A stretch of DNA of 50,466 bases, from the IMG/VR virus record IMGVR_UViG_3300024356_000616, positions 1 to 50,466 of that record; one strand, 5' to 3'. Positions 37,088 through 46,565 of the stretch are shown here, in pieces. Under the pieces are notes generated by a model. The model did no database searches and was not told the DNA's origin. It worked only from the letters and a program-made list of their open reading frames with translations. Source of the DNA: a virus. Lineage: Duplodnaviria; Caudoviricetes. The translations under genes were made by a program, and so were the position numbers. Position 1 is the stretch's first letter; the number at the start of each line of letters is the position of its first letter.

Positions 37088-37111
37088 TGCACTAAGTGCA
37101 CTAACAGACGT

Positions 37112-37156
37112 TAAAAAAACAGGGGAACGCTTGGCGGCTTTTCCCCTGTTTTTTTA
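37112..37156. terminator. Bidirectional intrinsic terminator
   Basis: TAAAAAAACAGGGGAA / TTCCCCTGTTTTTTTA between convergent genes. Confidence 0.85.
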
Positions 37157-37221
37157 CTTATGTATTTATTATACCTATGCACTCTTTTATGTGTCAAGAT
37201 AAACTTCAAAAAAACTATGCA

Positions 37222-37383
37222 TCATTTACCCACTGTGGATAGCGAGTACAACCACCACAGAAAGAGTATGCAACCTACCCACAGTCCTGCTGTGGCGTAG
37301 TTCCAAGCAGGATGATTTTGATAATAGTGCTCATTAATAATAACCTTTAACTTGCGCATGGTTTCTTTGTCAAATTCACTCAT
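37222..37383 (-). CDS. Small membrane protein (53 aa, not in ORF track)
   Basis: MSEFDKETMRKLK...AGLWVGCILFLWWLYSLSTVGK; ATGA coupling. Confidence 0.6.
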   Translation of the reverse strand: MSEFDKETMRKLKVIINEHYYQNHPAWNYATAGLWVGCILFLWWLYSLSTVGK

Positions 37384-37571
37384 GGTGCACCTACCTTGGT
37401 AAAGCTATCCCACTCTTTAGTAGTCATCCACCTATACCCTTCTGGTAGGTTATCATCTTCATCAATCATGTCTAAATGAAATCCATCTTTACCAATCACC
37501 AGAAAGTTACCCCTAGAAAATAAGTGCTCGTAAACATACTCACCATGAAGCTTTCCAAGTATTCTAAACAT
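37380..37571 (-). CDS. Hypothetical protein
   Basis: Coupled ORF in an accessory operon. Confidence 0.6.
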   Translation of the reverse strand: MFRILGKLHGEYVYEHLFSRGNFLVIGKDGFHLDMIDEDDNLPEGYRWMTTKEWDSFTKVGAP

Positions 37572-37572
37572 G

Positions 37573-37878
37573 TTATTTACCCTTCTTAGAATTGGTGTAA
37601 TTGTAGAATCTTTCCCTCATTTGCTGCCTTGTTAGCCTGTTACCGCTCTTATTGCAGAAGTGCATTAGATCACTTGGTCCGAACAATTCAGGATCCATTA
37701 CTGCATACTCCACAGGAGCATATGGGTTGTCATTGCTGGCAAGTGCATTGGAGTAGTTGCTGCACAACAATTCCTGCAACTCAGGGGATATTTCCTTGTG
37801 CACCTTGTTGGGGGACTGGATCTCAGTCCCCCTCTTGATTAAACCTGCTTTCATCAGTGCATGTATGCTATCATTCAT
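37573..37878 (-). CDS. Hypothetical protein
   Basis: Coupled ORF with GGGGA RBS. Confidence 0.65.
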   Translation of the reverse strand: MNDSIHALMKAGLIKRGTEIQSPNKVHKEISPELQELLCSNYSNALASNDNPYAPVEYAVMDPELFGPSDLMHFCNKSGNRLTRQQMRERFYNYTNSKKGK

Positions 37879-37889
37879 GATAATTCCCC

Positions 37890-38273
37890 CTATTTGCTTG
37901 TGATTGCTTTTGTTGCTTCCAATATGGCACTTAGACGGTTCAAGTGATTAACCTCTTCAATTTGCTCCATCTCCATTGCAAACTTAACCAGTGCAAAGTA
38001 GTGTTTGCTTGCATCTACCCTGCTCCTTTGACGGTCAATCTCAGTGCGCACATTAACCACACCAAAATCATCTGTTTGTGCCTCTTCCCAGATCTTCTTT
38101 GCACCAACACCGCAGGTTGGATAGTACTTGACCACACTGTGGAACATGGAAACCCACTTGTACTGTTTTGCTCCAAAATCGTATTCCTGCACACCTTTGC
38201 GAAACAGGACTATCTTCCTGTACCCTGATTCATAACTTGCAATCTTTACAGTTGTCTTCTTCTTCTTGAACAT
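37890..38273 (-). CDS. Hypothetical protein
   Basis: AGGAG RBS; first gene after promoter cassette A. Confidence 0.7.
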   Translation of the reverse strand: MFKKKKTTVKIASYESGYRKIVLFRKGVQEYDFGAKQYKWVSMFHSVVKYYPTCGVGAKKIWEEAQTDDFGVVNVRTEIDRQRSRVDASKHYFALVKFAMEMEQIEEVNHLNRLSAILEATKAITSK

Positions 38274-38372
38274 TGCAGCACTCCTGTTTGTTAGTAACCA
38301 GCAACCACCTTAGTTGCATGGTTGTATTCTATGTCTACTTGTATCATCGGCAAGCTTAGCAGCAATTCTTTA
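38274..38372 (-). promoter_or_regulatory. Conserved promoter-leader cassette (copy A)
   Basis: TAAAG..TGCTGCTAAGCTTGCCGATGATACAAGTAGA..ATACAACCAT..AGGAGTGCTGCA-ATG. Confidence 0.7.
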
Positions 38373-38391
38373 ATTATTTTTTTTGCATGCA

Positions 38392-38429
38392 CAAAAAGAA
38401 AAAGGCCCCTGACATTACTCAGGGGCCTT
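38392..38429 (-). terminator. Intrinsic terminator
   Basis: AAGGCCCCTGA-N6-TCAGGGGCCTT with a U-tract on the minus strand. Confidence 0.8.
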
Positions 38430-38517
38430 ATGGTTCACTACTTTGCAGTGTTTTTATGTTTTCCCGTATCTCACGGAGGGTTTCACATTAAACACAGAAA
38501 CACACCAATCATTACAT

Positions 38518-38874
38518 TTAGTTATTCGCTACATGTGGAAAAATATTACAGAAAATCTTCCTGCAATTTAAAAATTTTGTATCCCCTGCAAAATGCACAG
38601 GGTTACCCTGAGGATCCCTGTCATACACTGGTAAATCCTCCACAACCAACCTTGGTTTCAGCATGTGCAGGATACTCTTACCAGTCAACACCCTGACATA
38701 CTTACACTTCTCATAGTCATATGCCCTGTAAACCGTTCTAATTCGCTTTTTAGCGCAGTTTTCCCCCTCGGTAGGCCTTTCCCTCAACAGTACATCAGTA
38801 ATGCGTATTAAGGGCATTCTAGGCCCTAATTTGGCACGGTACACAAAACCCTTCATAATCTTGTCTGACATCAT
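38518..38874 (-). CDS. Basic hypothetical protein
   Basis: Start moved to MMSDKI, which follows a GGGAG RBS. Confidence 0.6.
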   Translation of the reverse strand: MMSDKIMKGFVYRAKLGPRMPLIRITDVLLRERPTEGENCAKKRIRTVYRAYDYEKCKYVRVLTGKSILHMLKPRLVVEDLPVYDRDPQGNPVHFAGDTKFLNCRKIFCNIFPHVANN

Positions 38875-38875
38875 G

Positions 38876-39025
38876 TTAAAACTCCCTTTTATATTTAAAT
38901 TCCAGTGCAATGTCATGTATTTTAGATACGTCTGGGGAGTACTTGGTACTAAGGCCGGATTCCCAAGAATTGCGACCCGTGCACCCTGCACAGATAAGAA
39001 CGCAGCATACTAGGATCTTTTTCAT
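38876..39025 (-). CDS. Small lipoprotein (49 aa, not in ORF track)
   Basis: MKKILVCCVLICAGC lipobox-like signal; ends IALEFKYKREF. Confidence 0.7.
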   Translation of the reverse strand: MKKILVCCVLICAGCTGRNSWESGLSTKYSPDVSKIHDIALEFKYKREF

Positions 39026-39080
39026 GTTTGCACCTTTTGTGTAATTGTATTATCGGCATACAATGGTGCAATGTTTAATA

Positions 39081-39110
39081 AAATAAAAACCCGGCGTTAG
39101 GCCGGGTTTT
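39081..39110 (-). terminator. Intrinsic terminator ending the replication/TerS operon
   Basis: AAAACCCGGC-N5-GCCGGGTTTT. Confidence 0.8.
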
Positions 39111-39142
39111 AAACGAACTACTAATCTTTTTTAAATTAGTAG

Positions 39143-39343
39143 TTAGTACTCATAGTTACCCAGTAGCTCGTGCAGGATTGCAACCTGAGGTGGTGACAGA
39201 TCTATGCTTTGCTCTAAAGAATCGTTCTTTTCAATCTTGATGTTAGCACCAGACTCACTGAAGGTAACGTGCACAATGTGCTCCGCATCTCCCCAGAAGT
39301 GCTTCACAGCGCAGTGTAATAGGTTACCGGGCATAGTCTTCAT
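39143..39343 (-). CDS. Hypothetical protein
   Basis: ATGA coupling with terS. Confidence 0.6.
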   Translation of the reverse strand: MKTMPGNLLHCAVKHFWGDAEHIVHVTFSESGANIKIEKNDSLEQSIDLSPPQVAILHELLGNYEY

Positions 39344-39909
39344 GGTTGCTCCTCTCTGTTAGGGTTAGTGTATGTCTGTACAGTATCATTTGTGCCATCA
39401 TCAGACAAGGTTAGCTGTGAACTGTTTTCAGAATTTTCCAAAACAATTTCATTTGGAATTGTGATTCCCCACATAGTAGCTTGGTGCACAAGTTCAGCAT
39501 CCGTCATGGTGGTGTATGTGATGCTGGTTTCAGACTTCTTGGGAGCCTCCAAACCAAGTATTTTCACCTGCCTGTCCATGATGCTGAGTACGTCTTGCAA
39601 AGACTCCCTGTCACCACCAACAGCCTGTTGATAGTACGCCTTCAACAACTCATCATAGCGTGCAAGAGTAAGCGAAAGTGCCTTCTCTGCAACTTGGGAA
39701 CCCTCTTTCACAATGTGCTTAAATTCACGTTCTACATAAGAGTATGCTGCCTGCCTTGTAACTCCCATTACACGGCCTATCTCAGCATAAGTTAATCCCT
39801 GCTTTCGCAGTTGGATTGCTTGTAACCTACGTTCCTTTTTGAGTATCTTGTGCTGGCTCATTCTGTTCTTCTTTCCGGGATTGTTGTCCCCAGTAAAATC
39901 TGTGCTCAT
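39340..39909 (-). CDS. terS: Putative terminase small subunit (HTH)
   Basis: RRLQAIQLRKQGLTYAEIG HTH plus IMDRQ.KILGL.AP, typical of HTH-type TerS. Confidence 0.65.
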   Translation of the reverse strand: MSTDFTGDNNPGKKNRMSQHKILKKERRLQAIQLRKQGLTYAEIGRVMGVTRQAAYSYVEREFKHIVKEGSQVAEKALSLTLARYDELLKAYYQQAVGGDRESLQDVLSIMDRQVKILGLEAPKKSETSITYTTMTDAELVHQATMWGITIPNEIVLENSENSSQLTLSDDGTNDTVQTYTNPNREEQP

Positions 39910-40273
39910 GATCATCTCCTAAAGTACTGGGTAGTTTTCCTTCTTGCACCTTTTCCAATGTCCACATGATTGCAAGTATGTTCCAACATGCAGCAGCAAG
40001 GTGGTCCTCAGTGTCGTTGTGCTGGATCCACTTAGACAAGTGCCTCACTGCACTGTCAAAGTATCTGGAAACAGGTTGTCCCTTTTCCCAGTTTTTATCA
40101 CCATATTTATGCGCACCATTTTCTGTATGCTTCGCAATTCTTTCAATAGCGCACCATGGTAACAAGTCGTACCTCCCCTTCCCTTCCCTAGTGTCCCTTC
40201 TGGAACCAGTGGAAAACTCTTCCCTCTTACCACTGTCAGGAAGTTCAAATATGGAATGAGTTATTTGCATCAC
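39827..40273 (-). CDS. dATP/dGTP diphosphohydrolase (DUF5664-like)
   Basis: GKGRYDLLP, GA.KYG..NWEKG, SAVRHL, DHLAAA.WN. Confidence 0.88.
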   Translation of the reverse strand: MMQITHSIFELPDSGKREEFSTGSRRDTREGKGRYDLLPWCAIERIAKHTENGAHKYGDKNWEKGQPVSRYFDSAVRHLSKWIQHNDTEDHLAAACWNILAIMWTLEKVQEGKLPSTLGDDHEHRFYWGQQSRKEEQNEPAQDTQKGT

Positions 40274-42387
40274 GGTTTCCCCCAGTAATCACACACAGCA
40301 GCTTCAACCTCACTCTGCACGTACCCCATAAGAACACCATCCATGGATTCTTTCATCATCCGCACCACAGTATCCTTGTGTGCTTCTGGATTGTCATCAG
40401 GAACCTCAACAACCAACTCATCGTGTACGAATGCAACAACAGGATAAATTTGGGACACGTTGTAAAGCGATAACTTTGCGCCGTCCGCAGCTAATCCTTG
40501 AAACTGCGTGTTGCACGATTCTGTGTACTCGGCACAGCCACGCACTCTGCCTGTCAGTGTTATCACAGTGGTTCCGAACAACCTTCTTCGCAGTGTGTCG
40601 CTACCCTTCCTGCTTCTGATTGCAAGTTCTGTGGTTGGGTCGTTGTTTAATTTCTCAAGACATTCCCACACCATGCGCCTGAACGCACTGTTGTAAGGTT
40701 GTCCATCCCTTGTACGATTTTTACCGGACACAATGTCCACCACAGGTTGGAATGTAAAAAGGCCCTTGTCTTTCAATCCAAAACAATCGCATATTTCCTG
40801 CACGTTAATGTTCAGATTTGTACTAAGGTTACCCAGAGCACTGCTGGAAAGATATTCACTAAGTTCAGGGTAGATCTCACTAACCAGCATGTTGCGCCAT
40901 AGCTTACTTTCAGTAAGACTCATTTGCGCACCGTAGGTTGCCTCCGCATATTCCTTCAAAGATTTTGCACCAAGTCCCCCCGGCACACCGAAGTTTACAG
41001 CTTTCGCACAGAACCTGTAATGCTTGAACTTTTCAGGATCCTTGCCTTTCATTGCAAGGAAGTCTTTGTACTGCATTTTCAACAACATCGCAGCAGTGAA
41101 ACTGTGTGGGTCAATACCCTCTTGGAAAGCTTCTGCAAGTCTTGAGTACCCAAACTTACTCATGCATATTGCAGCAAGACACCTGAGCTCTACTGCGTTG
41201 TAATCTGCGACAACAAATTTGCAATTCTCATGTGGCACAAACAACTTCCTGAACCATGCGTGCTTTGGCATTTGTTGCAGGTTAGGCTTGCTGCAAGAAG
41301 TGCGACCCGTGCGAACCAAAGGTTGATAGTGAGGGTTCACGCTGCCACTTTTTATCTGATCCACAAATTGCAATAGCTTTGCTTTTGTTTGCATGTCCAA
41401 CCAGTTCTGGATGAACTCATGCTTGTGTTGGGACCAATACTCACCACTGATGGTGATTTCATTACTCTTCTCTGTCGATGGAACCTTTTTGATCTTTAGT
41501 GTCTCTGCAATTTCGTGCAGGTATATCCTCAGTGCCTTGTTGTCTAGGCTTGGAACACCTGTTACAGGATTTACAATGAGTTGCCCCAGTCTCTTTTTTA
41601 CACTGTCCCTCTTGAACAACGATGGGTACTTTTCCAGAAGCCATTGCACCTTGTCCTGTATTTGCAGCTTGATCTCCATTGCAACATCCTGTTGTGCCTT
41701 GGAGTCAACCTTAATTCCCACCCTCGTGCAGTCAGTGAGGGCGATGGATCCCTTTAATTGTGTGTGGTGCGTGAGAGGTCCGTGCTGAGACTGCAAGCAT
41801 TGAAACTTGTTTGCAATGTTCACTGCAACAGGGTGCAACTCGTTGAATAACTCTCGTGCAACCTTCGCATCAAGGAGCGCATATTCAAGCATCCTGTCAG
41901 GCACAAGTTCTAAAGCCTTCTTGTGAAACTGCGCCCACTCAGTCTGTGCACTTTTATCAAGTGGTTTATTTAGAAAGTACTCAGACAGGTCCGCTAGGGA
42001 CCTAGTCCTGAGCGGACCGTCCTCCTCACCATTTGCAAGACGCACAAGGAAGTCTAATATCATGGTGTCCCACGCACGCCCCTCATCAACCATTCTTTTC
42101 CACGTGGCGCAGTCTTCCATGTATTCCAGTGCGTTGTACACGACATGAAAATCAAAAGCAAAGTTGTGAGCAACTATCGGGCAACCACTGTTGTATATCT
42201 CGTACACCCACTCTGATATTCTTTCAGGTGGAACTATAAAAGATTGTGATTCTGTGGCACATGTTAAAACAATCAGTTCTGGAATTTTACCGGGCTCGAT
42301 CAGTGTGGTTTCAGTGTCAAACGCAATTGCACCATCACACACTATCGGCTGGCCCCTCCAGAGAGTCTTCTGCAATAGTGTTGACAT
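40270..42387 (-). CDS. polA: Family A DNA polymerase with 3'-5' exonuclease
   Basis: FDTET, AHNFAFD, YALLD, TGRTS..PNLQQ, ADY..VELR, AKAVNFG, HDE. Confidence 0.95.
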   Translation of the reverse strand: MSTLLQKTLWRGQPIVCDGAIAFDTETTLIEPGKIPELIVLTCATESQSFIVPPERISEWVYEIYNSGCPIVAHNFAFDFHVVYNALEYMEDCATWKRMVDEGRAWDTMILDFLVRLANGEEDGPLRTRSLADLSEYFLNKPLDKSAQTEWAQFHKKALELVPDRMLEYALLDAKVARELFNELHPVAVNIANKFQCLQSQHGPLTHHTQLKGSIALTDCTRVGIKVDSKAQQDVAMEIKLQIQDKVQWLLEKYPSLFKRDSVKKRLGQLIVNPVTGVPSLDNKALRIYLHEIAETLKIKKVPSTEKSNEITISGEYWSQHKHEFIQNWLDMQTKAKLLQFVDQIKSGSVNPHYQPLVRTGRTSCSKPNLQQMPKHAWFRKLFVPHENCKFVVADYNAVELRCLAAICMSKFGYSRLAEAFQEGIDPHSFTAAMLLKMQYKDFLAMKGKDPEKFKHYRFCAKAVNFGVPGGLGAKSLKEYAEATYGAQMSLTESKLWRNMLVSEIYPELSEYLSSSALGNLSTNLNINVQEICDCFGLKDKGLFTFQPVVDIVSGKNRTRDGQPYNSAFRRMVWECLEKLNNDPTTELAIRSRKGSDTLRRRLFGTTVITLTGRVRGCAEYTESCNTQFQGLAADGAKLSLYNVSQIYPVVAFVHDELVVEVPDDNPEAHKDTVVRMMKESMDGVLMGYVQSEVEAAVCDYWGKP

Positions 42388-42715
42388 CCTGTATCCCCTC
42401 TAACGCAAGCTTTTCACAAATACACTTCCACAACCACCATGGTAAAATTGTTAGTGGTTCATCCTTGTCACGTTGCACATGCAGGATGTCATTAGTACCC
42501 AACCACTTGTACAACTGCTGGAATCCACTCGCACGTGCTTTCATTTCGCAGGTAAATTCGTGTGGCCCAACGTAGCACTTGATATCACCCCTGTAACCCT
42601 CCACAGCACCACTCAGTGGAACACGGTGCGCAAAAACACCGGGTATGTCCATATACCTGCGCACCATTTCCCTTTCCCTGCGTGCACCTTTGTCACGGGA
42701 TTTTTTTCCACTCAT
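42335..42715 (-). CDS. Hjc-type Holliday junction resolvase
   Basis: SRDKGARRERE, RVPLSGA, GDI, CEMK (PD-(D/E)XK). Confidence 0.85.
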   Translation of the reverse strand: MSGKKSRDKGARREREMVRRYMDIPGVFAHRVPLSGAVEGYRGDIKCYVGPHEFTCEMKARASGFQQLYKWLGTNDILHVQRDKDEPLTILPWWLWKCICEKLALEGIQDVNTIAEDSLEGPADSV

Positions 42716-42957
42716 TTTAAACTCCCATCTTTGATGGTATGTGACTCCTGCAGCAACGTATTAGCTTTGTGCAGGAGTGCTTCTGTGCGCTCTGCGATAT
42801 AGGTAGCCCTAGGGGTTTTCCGCTCGTAGAGTAAAAGATACTCCTGTAAACATTCCATAGAATCCTTCAAACAGGATTTCATACCGTTGTAACTCTCCAC
42901 GGGAACCACACACACATTTTTGCTACCCACAGCATCCCCCAATTGCACTGAGTGCAC
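42712..42957 (-). CDS. Hypothetical protein
   Basis: Coupled ORF. Confidence 0.5.
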   Translation of the reverse strand: MHSVQLGDAVGSKNVCVVPVESYNGMKSCLKDSMECLQEYLLLYERKTPRATYIAERTEALLHKANTLLQESHTIKDGSLK

Positions 42958-42959
42958 CT

Positions 42960-43178
42960 TTATCCCTGCTCTTCTTCCCTGCCATCTCCAACCTCCAAAA
43001 TATTTGGACAGTGCTCAGCTAATTCGAGAACATTGGTATCCCATGGGTAATGTCGCAGCAATGTCTTAGCTTTATTCCTGATGTGCTTTGGAGCACCTTT
43101 GTACGCACCATTGGAAAGATTTACAAGAAACTCCCTCGTGCTCACTAAGGCATGTGCTCGTTGTGCAGGTGTTGTCAC
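42960..43178 (-). CDS. BPSL0761-like small protein
   Basis: MTTP..R..A....REFL..L...IR..A..LLRHYP. Confidence 0.7.
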   Translation of the reverse strand: MTTPAQRAHALVSTREFLVNLSNGAYKGAPKHIRNKAKTLLRHYPWDTNVLELAEHCPNILEVGDGREEEQG

Positions 43179-44905
43179 TTCTCAGACCTACCCTTCCACG
43201 TCAACTTGGTATCCTGCCAAGAAGTACCACACTCAGTGAATCCAAAGGCCCAAGATGGTTGCTTAGGTGCAAGATTGTTCTTAACCTGCCCTAATACACG
43301 ATCATCACTGTCGTCATCTTGAATCATGTACAAACACACTCTGGATGCAGCAACGATTGCAATGGATCCAGAACCCCTGTACATCTGTGATACACCAACA
43401 GACTGCTTGGTGAGGTGACGTATCATCAGGACACACGCTCCGGTGCGCTCTGCCATTTTGCTCAGTGGGCTCAACACTTGGCGTATGTTTTGGTCCTTGT
43501 ACGAATCCACATCATCCCCAAGGAATGCAAGTAGTGGATCCATCACCACCAGTACTATTCCGAGTGATTCAATGATTTGCTCAAGCTCACCAATCTTTTG
43601 AGGAAAAGTTGGGTGCACTTCCCAGAAGTACACTTTGGATAAATCCGCACCTGCTGCACGCATCCTTGGTACAGTAATTCTTCCCGGATCGTCTTCTGCG
43701 CTTAGAAACAAAACACTACCACAAGTTGGTTTTGTGGAGGTTCCCGGAAATGGTGTGCAAGTGGTTATGCGCATGGCTATGTCAGCGCACAGTGTGCTCT
43801 TGCCCAGACTTGGATCACCCTCAAGTACAACAAGCATTCCCTTGGGTAACCAACCGTGCCACACCCACTCTACAGGTAAGGTCTTGTAATCTGATGCAGG
43901 TCTTACGCCCTTAATTGCAGTATCGGAAGGAATCTTTTCTATTGTGGTTATTTCACATCCTGCAAGAAGAGCATCGTCTATTCCCTTGTATTCGGGATTC
44001 CAGACCTCTATTAGGGTCTGGAACCCCTCATTCTTCAGTGCATAGTAGAAGTCAGTTAGTGCTGCCTTCACGTTTGCATTACTCTGCCAGTCAGAGTCAA
44101 ATGCAATTCGCACTGATTGTGCACCGAGGTTGCGGAGAACTGGGAGTGCTGTTGACCAGTTGTTTACTCCAGCAACCCCGATAGTCAGGGTTGTATCATC
44201 CACACAGCAGGCAATTTCACATTTTAGCACACCCTCTGTAACTCGCACAGATGTGCGAGTATTTCTTTCAAGTGCCTGCCATGGCACATGTGCGAAACTC
44301 TTCGCAGAGGTGTCTCCAGTAAACCAAATGTACTTTGGTGTACTGTTTGTCAAAATCTGGAAACCGCACACTTCCTGCTTTTCATTCATCACAGGAAGAA
44401 GTATTCCAGACTGTGCCTTTATGCGTGCACCATTTGGTGTACTGCAAAATCCCGGCACACTGTATAAATCATCACCAAACTCCTCGAACAACTGAATAAC
44501 ACTGCGCCTTGTAACGGAATCAGCTAATGAACGGAACCCACCCAAACAAATCCATTCATCAACTAATCCCCTTGATGCAAGCAAGTCTTTATCACAAGGC
44601 GACAGTTGTGCGCATTGAATAAACCTCTTAAAAACCATGTTCCACAGTGAATAGTCATCCTGTGGGAACAAATCTTTCCACTCAAGCTCCAGAGCATGCA
44701 GGATATCCAACTGCTTACAACCTGCATGGCACTTCAGTACTATCGCACCATCTTTCTGCCTTATCGTCAGAGATGGTGAACTATCCTCATGTGCAGGACA
44801 GCACGCCTTCCACTCAGTACCACTACGGCTTACCTTTTCCAATTTTCCCAGCACTAAATCCATCGCAGTGCTTTTCGTTCCACTCTGTTTGCTGCTTAAA
44901 AACAT
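43175..44905 (-). CDS. Primase-helicase (CHC2 Zn finger, Toprim, AAA_25/RepA helicase)
   Basis: ACCPAHED..PSL..CHAGC; TEG..K, AFDSD, KGIDD; GDPSLGKST, SAEDD, IRHLTK. Confidence 0.92.
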   Translation of the reverse strand: MFLSSKQSGTKSTAMDLVLGKLEKVSRSGTEWKACCPAHEDSSPSLTIRQKDGAIVLKCHAGCKQLDILHALELEWKDLFPQDDYSLWNMVFKRFIQCAQLSPCDKDLLASRGLVDEWICLGGFRSLADSVTRRSVIQLFEEFGDDLYSVPGFCSTPNGARIKAQSGILLPVMNEKQEVCGFQILTNSTPKYIWFTGDTSAKSFAHVPWQALERNTRTSVRVTEGVLKCEIACCVDDTTLTIGVAGVNNWSTALPVLRNLGAQSVRIAFDSDWQSNANVKAALTDFYYALKNEGFQTLIEVWNPEYKGIDDALLAGCEITTIEKIPSDTAIKGVRPASDYKTLPVEWVWHGWLPKGMLVVLEGDPSLGKSTLCADIAMRITTCTPFPGTSTKPTCGSVLFLSAEDDPGRITVPRMRAAGADLSKVYFWEVHPTFPQKIGELEQIIESLGIVLVVMDPLLAFLGDDVDSYKDQNIRQVLSPLSKMAERTGACVLMIRHLTKQSVGVSQMYRGSGSIAIVAASRVCLYMIQDDDSDDRVLGQVKNNLAPKQPSWAFGFTECGTSWQDTKLTWKGRSEK

Positions 44906-45278
44906 CTTCTAACTCTCCTACATCCAACTGGTAACCACTCAAACGGTTGCACTCCCGGCTGTGGTGTATAGCAAGTTTCCTCAAATTCTCTGCCAATTCA
45001 GCTATGGCTAGGTAATACGCACATCCATTCACAAAAAACGGTTTTCCGCTGTCTTTGCTGGAATACTCCTGCACCAGTTCCTTATACACATGAATGCAAC
45101 TACTTTGCATCTTGTGCAGCTTTTCAGCCCATCCGAGAACTACGATGCCAAAAGCATTCAGAGTATCTTTGTCTTCTTTGGTTTTTAAATACATTGTGTT
45201 TGTGAGTGGGGGCGCAGGGGATACGCCCCCATTCACTACCTCCGTGTTAGAATGGTGTACGCTCTCTCCTTGGCGCAT
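44823..45278 (-). CDS. Hypothetical protein (start uncertain)
   Basis: Fills the gap between SSB and primase. Confidence 0.5.
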   Translation of the reverse strand: MRQGESVHHSNTEVVNGGVSPAPPLTNTMYLKTKEDKDTLNAFGIVVLGWAEKLHKMQSSCIHVYKELVQEYSSKDSGKPFFVNGCAYYLAIAELAENLRKLAIHHSRECNRLSGYQLDVGELEDVFKQQTEWNEKHCDGFSAGKIGKGKP

Positions 45279-45831
45279 TTTGGAATGTCTTTACAACCTT
45301 CTTGGTTTTAACTGGTGGTGGCGCAGGAATTTCCTCATCCTCAGAAACAACCACCGCATCATCATGCTCAACCTGCTCTTCTTCCTCTGGTGCATCTTCT
45401 TCCTCCTGAAGTAGTTTTTCCTGCTCTCGTTTAAACAACTTTTCAAACCTTGAAAGAGTTGCATTTCCCATTTTTGCACTTGGTTTTTGTGCTGGATAAA
45501 GTCCAATTCTCTCCCGCACAATTCCCTTGTGATCATCTGCATGTTTGATGCTAACCTTCACTGGTGTACCAATCATTCCACTTTCCTCCTCATGCTCAAG
45601 AGCAAGACCAGAAAGTTGGGTGCTGTGGTATCCCAACTCCCTGATCGACTTCACCGTGTATGGTAGTGCACGTTCAGTCAACCATAGAAGAACCCTGCGC
45701 TCTACCTCCACACCGTGCGCATTGATAAGGACATCAAACACCACACATGGCGTTTTCTTATCCCCAATCTCAGTGAGATCATGGCCCACAATTTTTCCGT
45801 TGTAATTTCCCACAGCAATCAAATCAGACAT
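45247..45831 (-). CDS. Single-stranded DNA-binding protein (DUF669-like)
   Basis: G.Y.GKI OB-fold-like start, acidic tail ending PF, next to the annealing protein. Confidence 0.7.
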   Translation of the reverse strand: MSDLIAVGNYNGKIVGHDLTEIGDKKTPCVVFDVLINAHGVEVERRVLLWLTERALPYTVKSIRELGYHSTQLSGLALEHEEESGMIGTPVKVSIKHADDHKGIVRERIGLYPAQKPSAKMGNATLSRFEKLFKREQEKLLQEEEDAPEEEEQVEHDDAVVVSEDEEIPAPPPVKTKKVVKTFQNAPRRERTPF

Positions 45832-45833
45832 TG

Positions 45834-46565
45834 TTACTCTCCTTTAGATGAATTGACAAATTGGATTGCACGCTTGAATTCCGGTTCTGTAATACTTTCA
45901 ATGCTTTGGATTCCGAGGTTTTTGCAGAGCTTTGGAACTGCAATACCTCGCTCTGCACACATTGAAAGAAGTTTGTACCTATCCTCAACACTGACCTCAG
46001 AGGATGGAACAAAAGTTTTCTCCTCTCTCTCATCATCGAACACGTCTTCATCACTCACAGCACCTCCAAGTTCCTCAGATGTGTACAGAGGAAATACTGA
46101 AACATCAGGACAAAATGCACGCCCACCAGCAGTAATGCAGCGTGCAAACAACATCGACTTTGGATATTTGACCCAGTTATCTTTTGAGGTAAGTCCGGCT
46201 TTACGTGCATCCTCAATGGTGTAAGTCCACGTACCGCACTCCTCACCATCCTCAAAAAACATCAATGTGCATTCCTTCTCACTGAGCACTTTTGGCCTGT
46301 AGTTGTAACGTGGCCTAGACTTTTTAATCATGGATGCAACAAGGTTAGCTGAGAAGGTTGGAGTACCCTGCACAATTTGAATATTCTTCAAGCTTGCAGC
46401 AGCACCAAGGCCAACTTCCCGGCCTATCATGATGCGGACAACCGCACTAGCTGCATCCCTTACATCCTTGTAAAGTCCACTCTTCACAGCATTGTTCGCA
46501 AATCTTTCAACTTCAGAAATGCTGTTTAAAGCAATATCATTCTTTAGGACCAATGCATTAGACAT
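45834..46565 (-). CDS. RecT/Red-beta-like single-strand annealing protein
   Basis: GREVGLG...SL.NI..VQG.P, A.KAGL...NW.KYP.SML.AR, LYT.EEL. Confidence 0.85.
   Translation of the reverse strand: MSNALVLKNDIALNSISEVERFANNAVKSGLYKDVRDAASAVVRIMIGREVGLGAAASLKNIQIVQGTPTFSANLVASMIKKSRPRYNYRPKVLSEKECTLMFFEDGEECGTWTYTIEDARKAGLTSKDNWVKYPKSMLFARCITAGGRAFCPDVSVFPLYTSEELGGAVSDEDVFDDEREEKTFVPSSEVSVEDRYKLLSMCAERGIAVPKLCKNLGIQSIESITEPEFKRAIQFVNSSKGE

Noticed and set aside
39827-42387. Z-genome (2-aminoadenine) system
   Set aside because: No PurZ or HD-domain DatZ found; the DUF5664-like gene alone is common in phages
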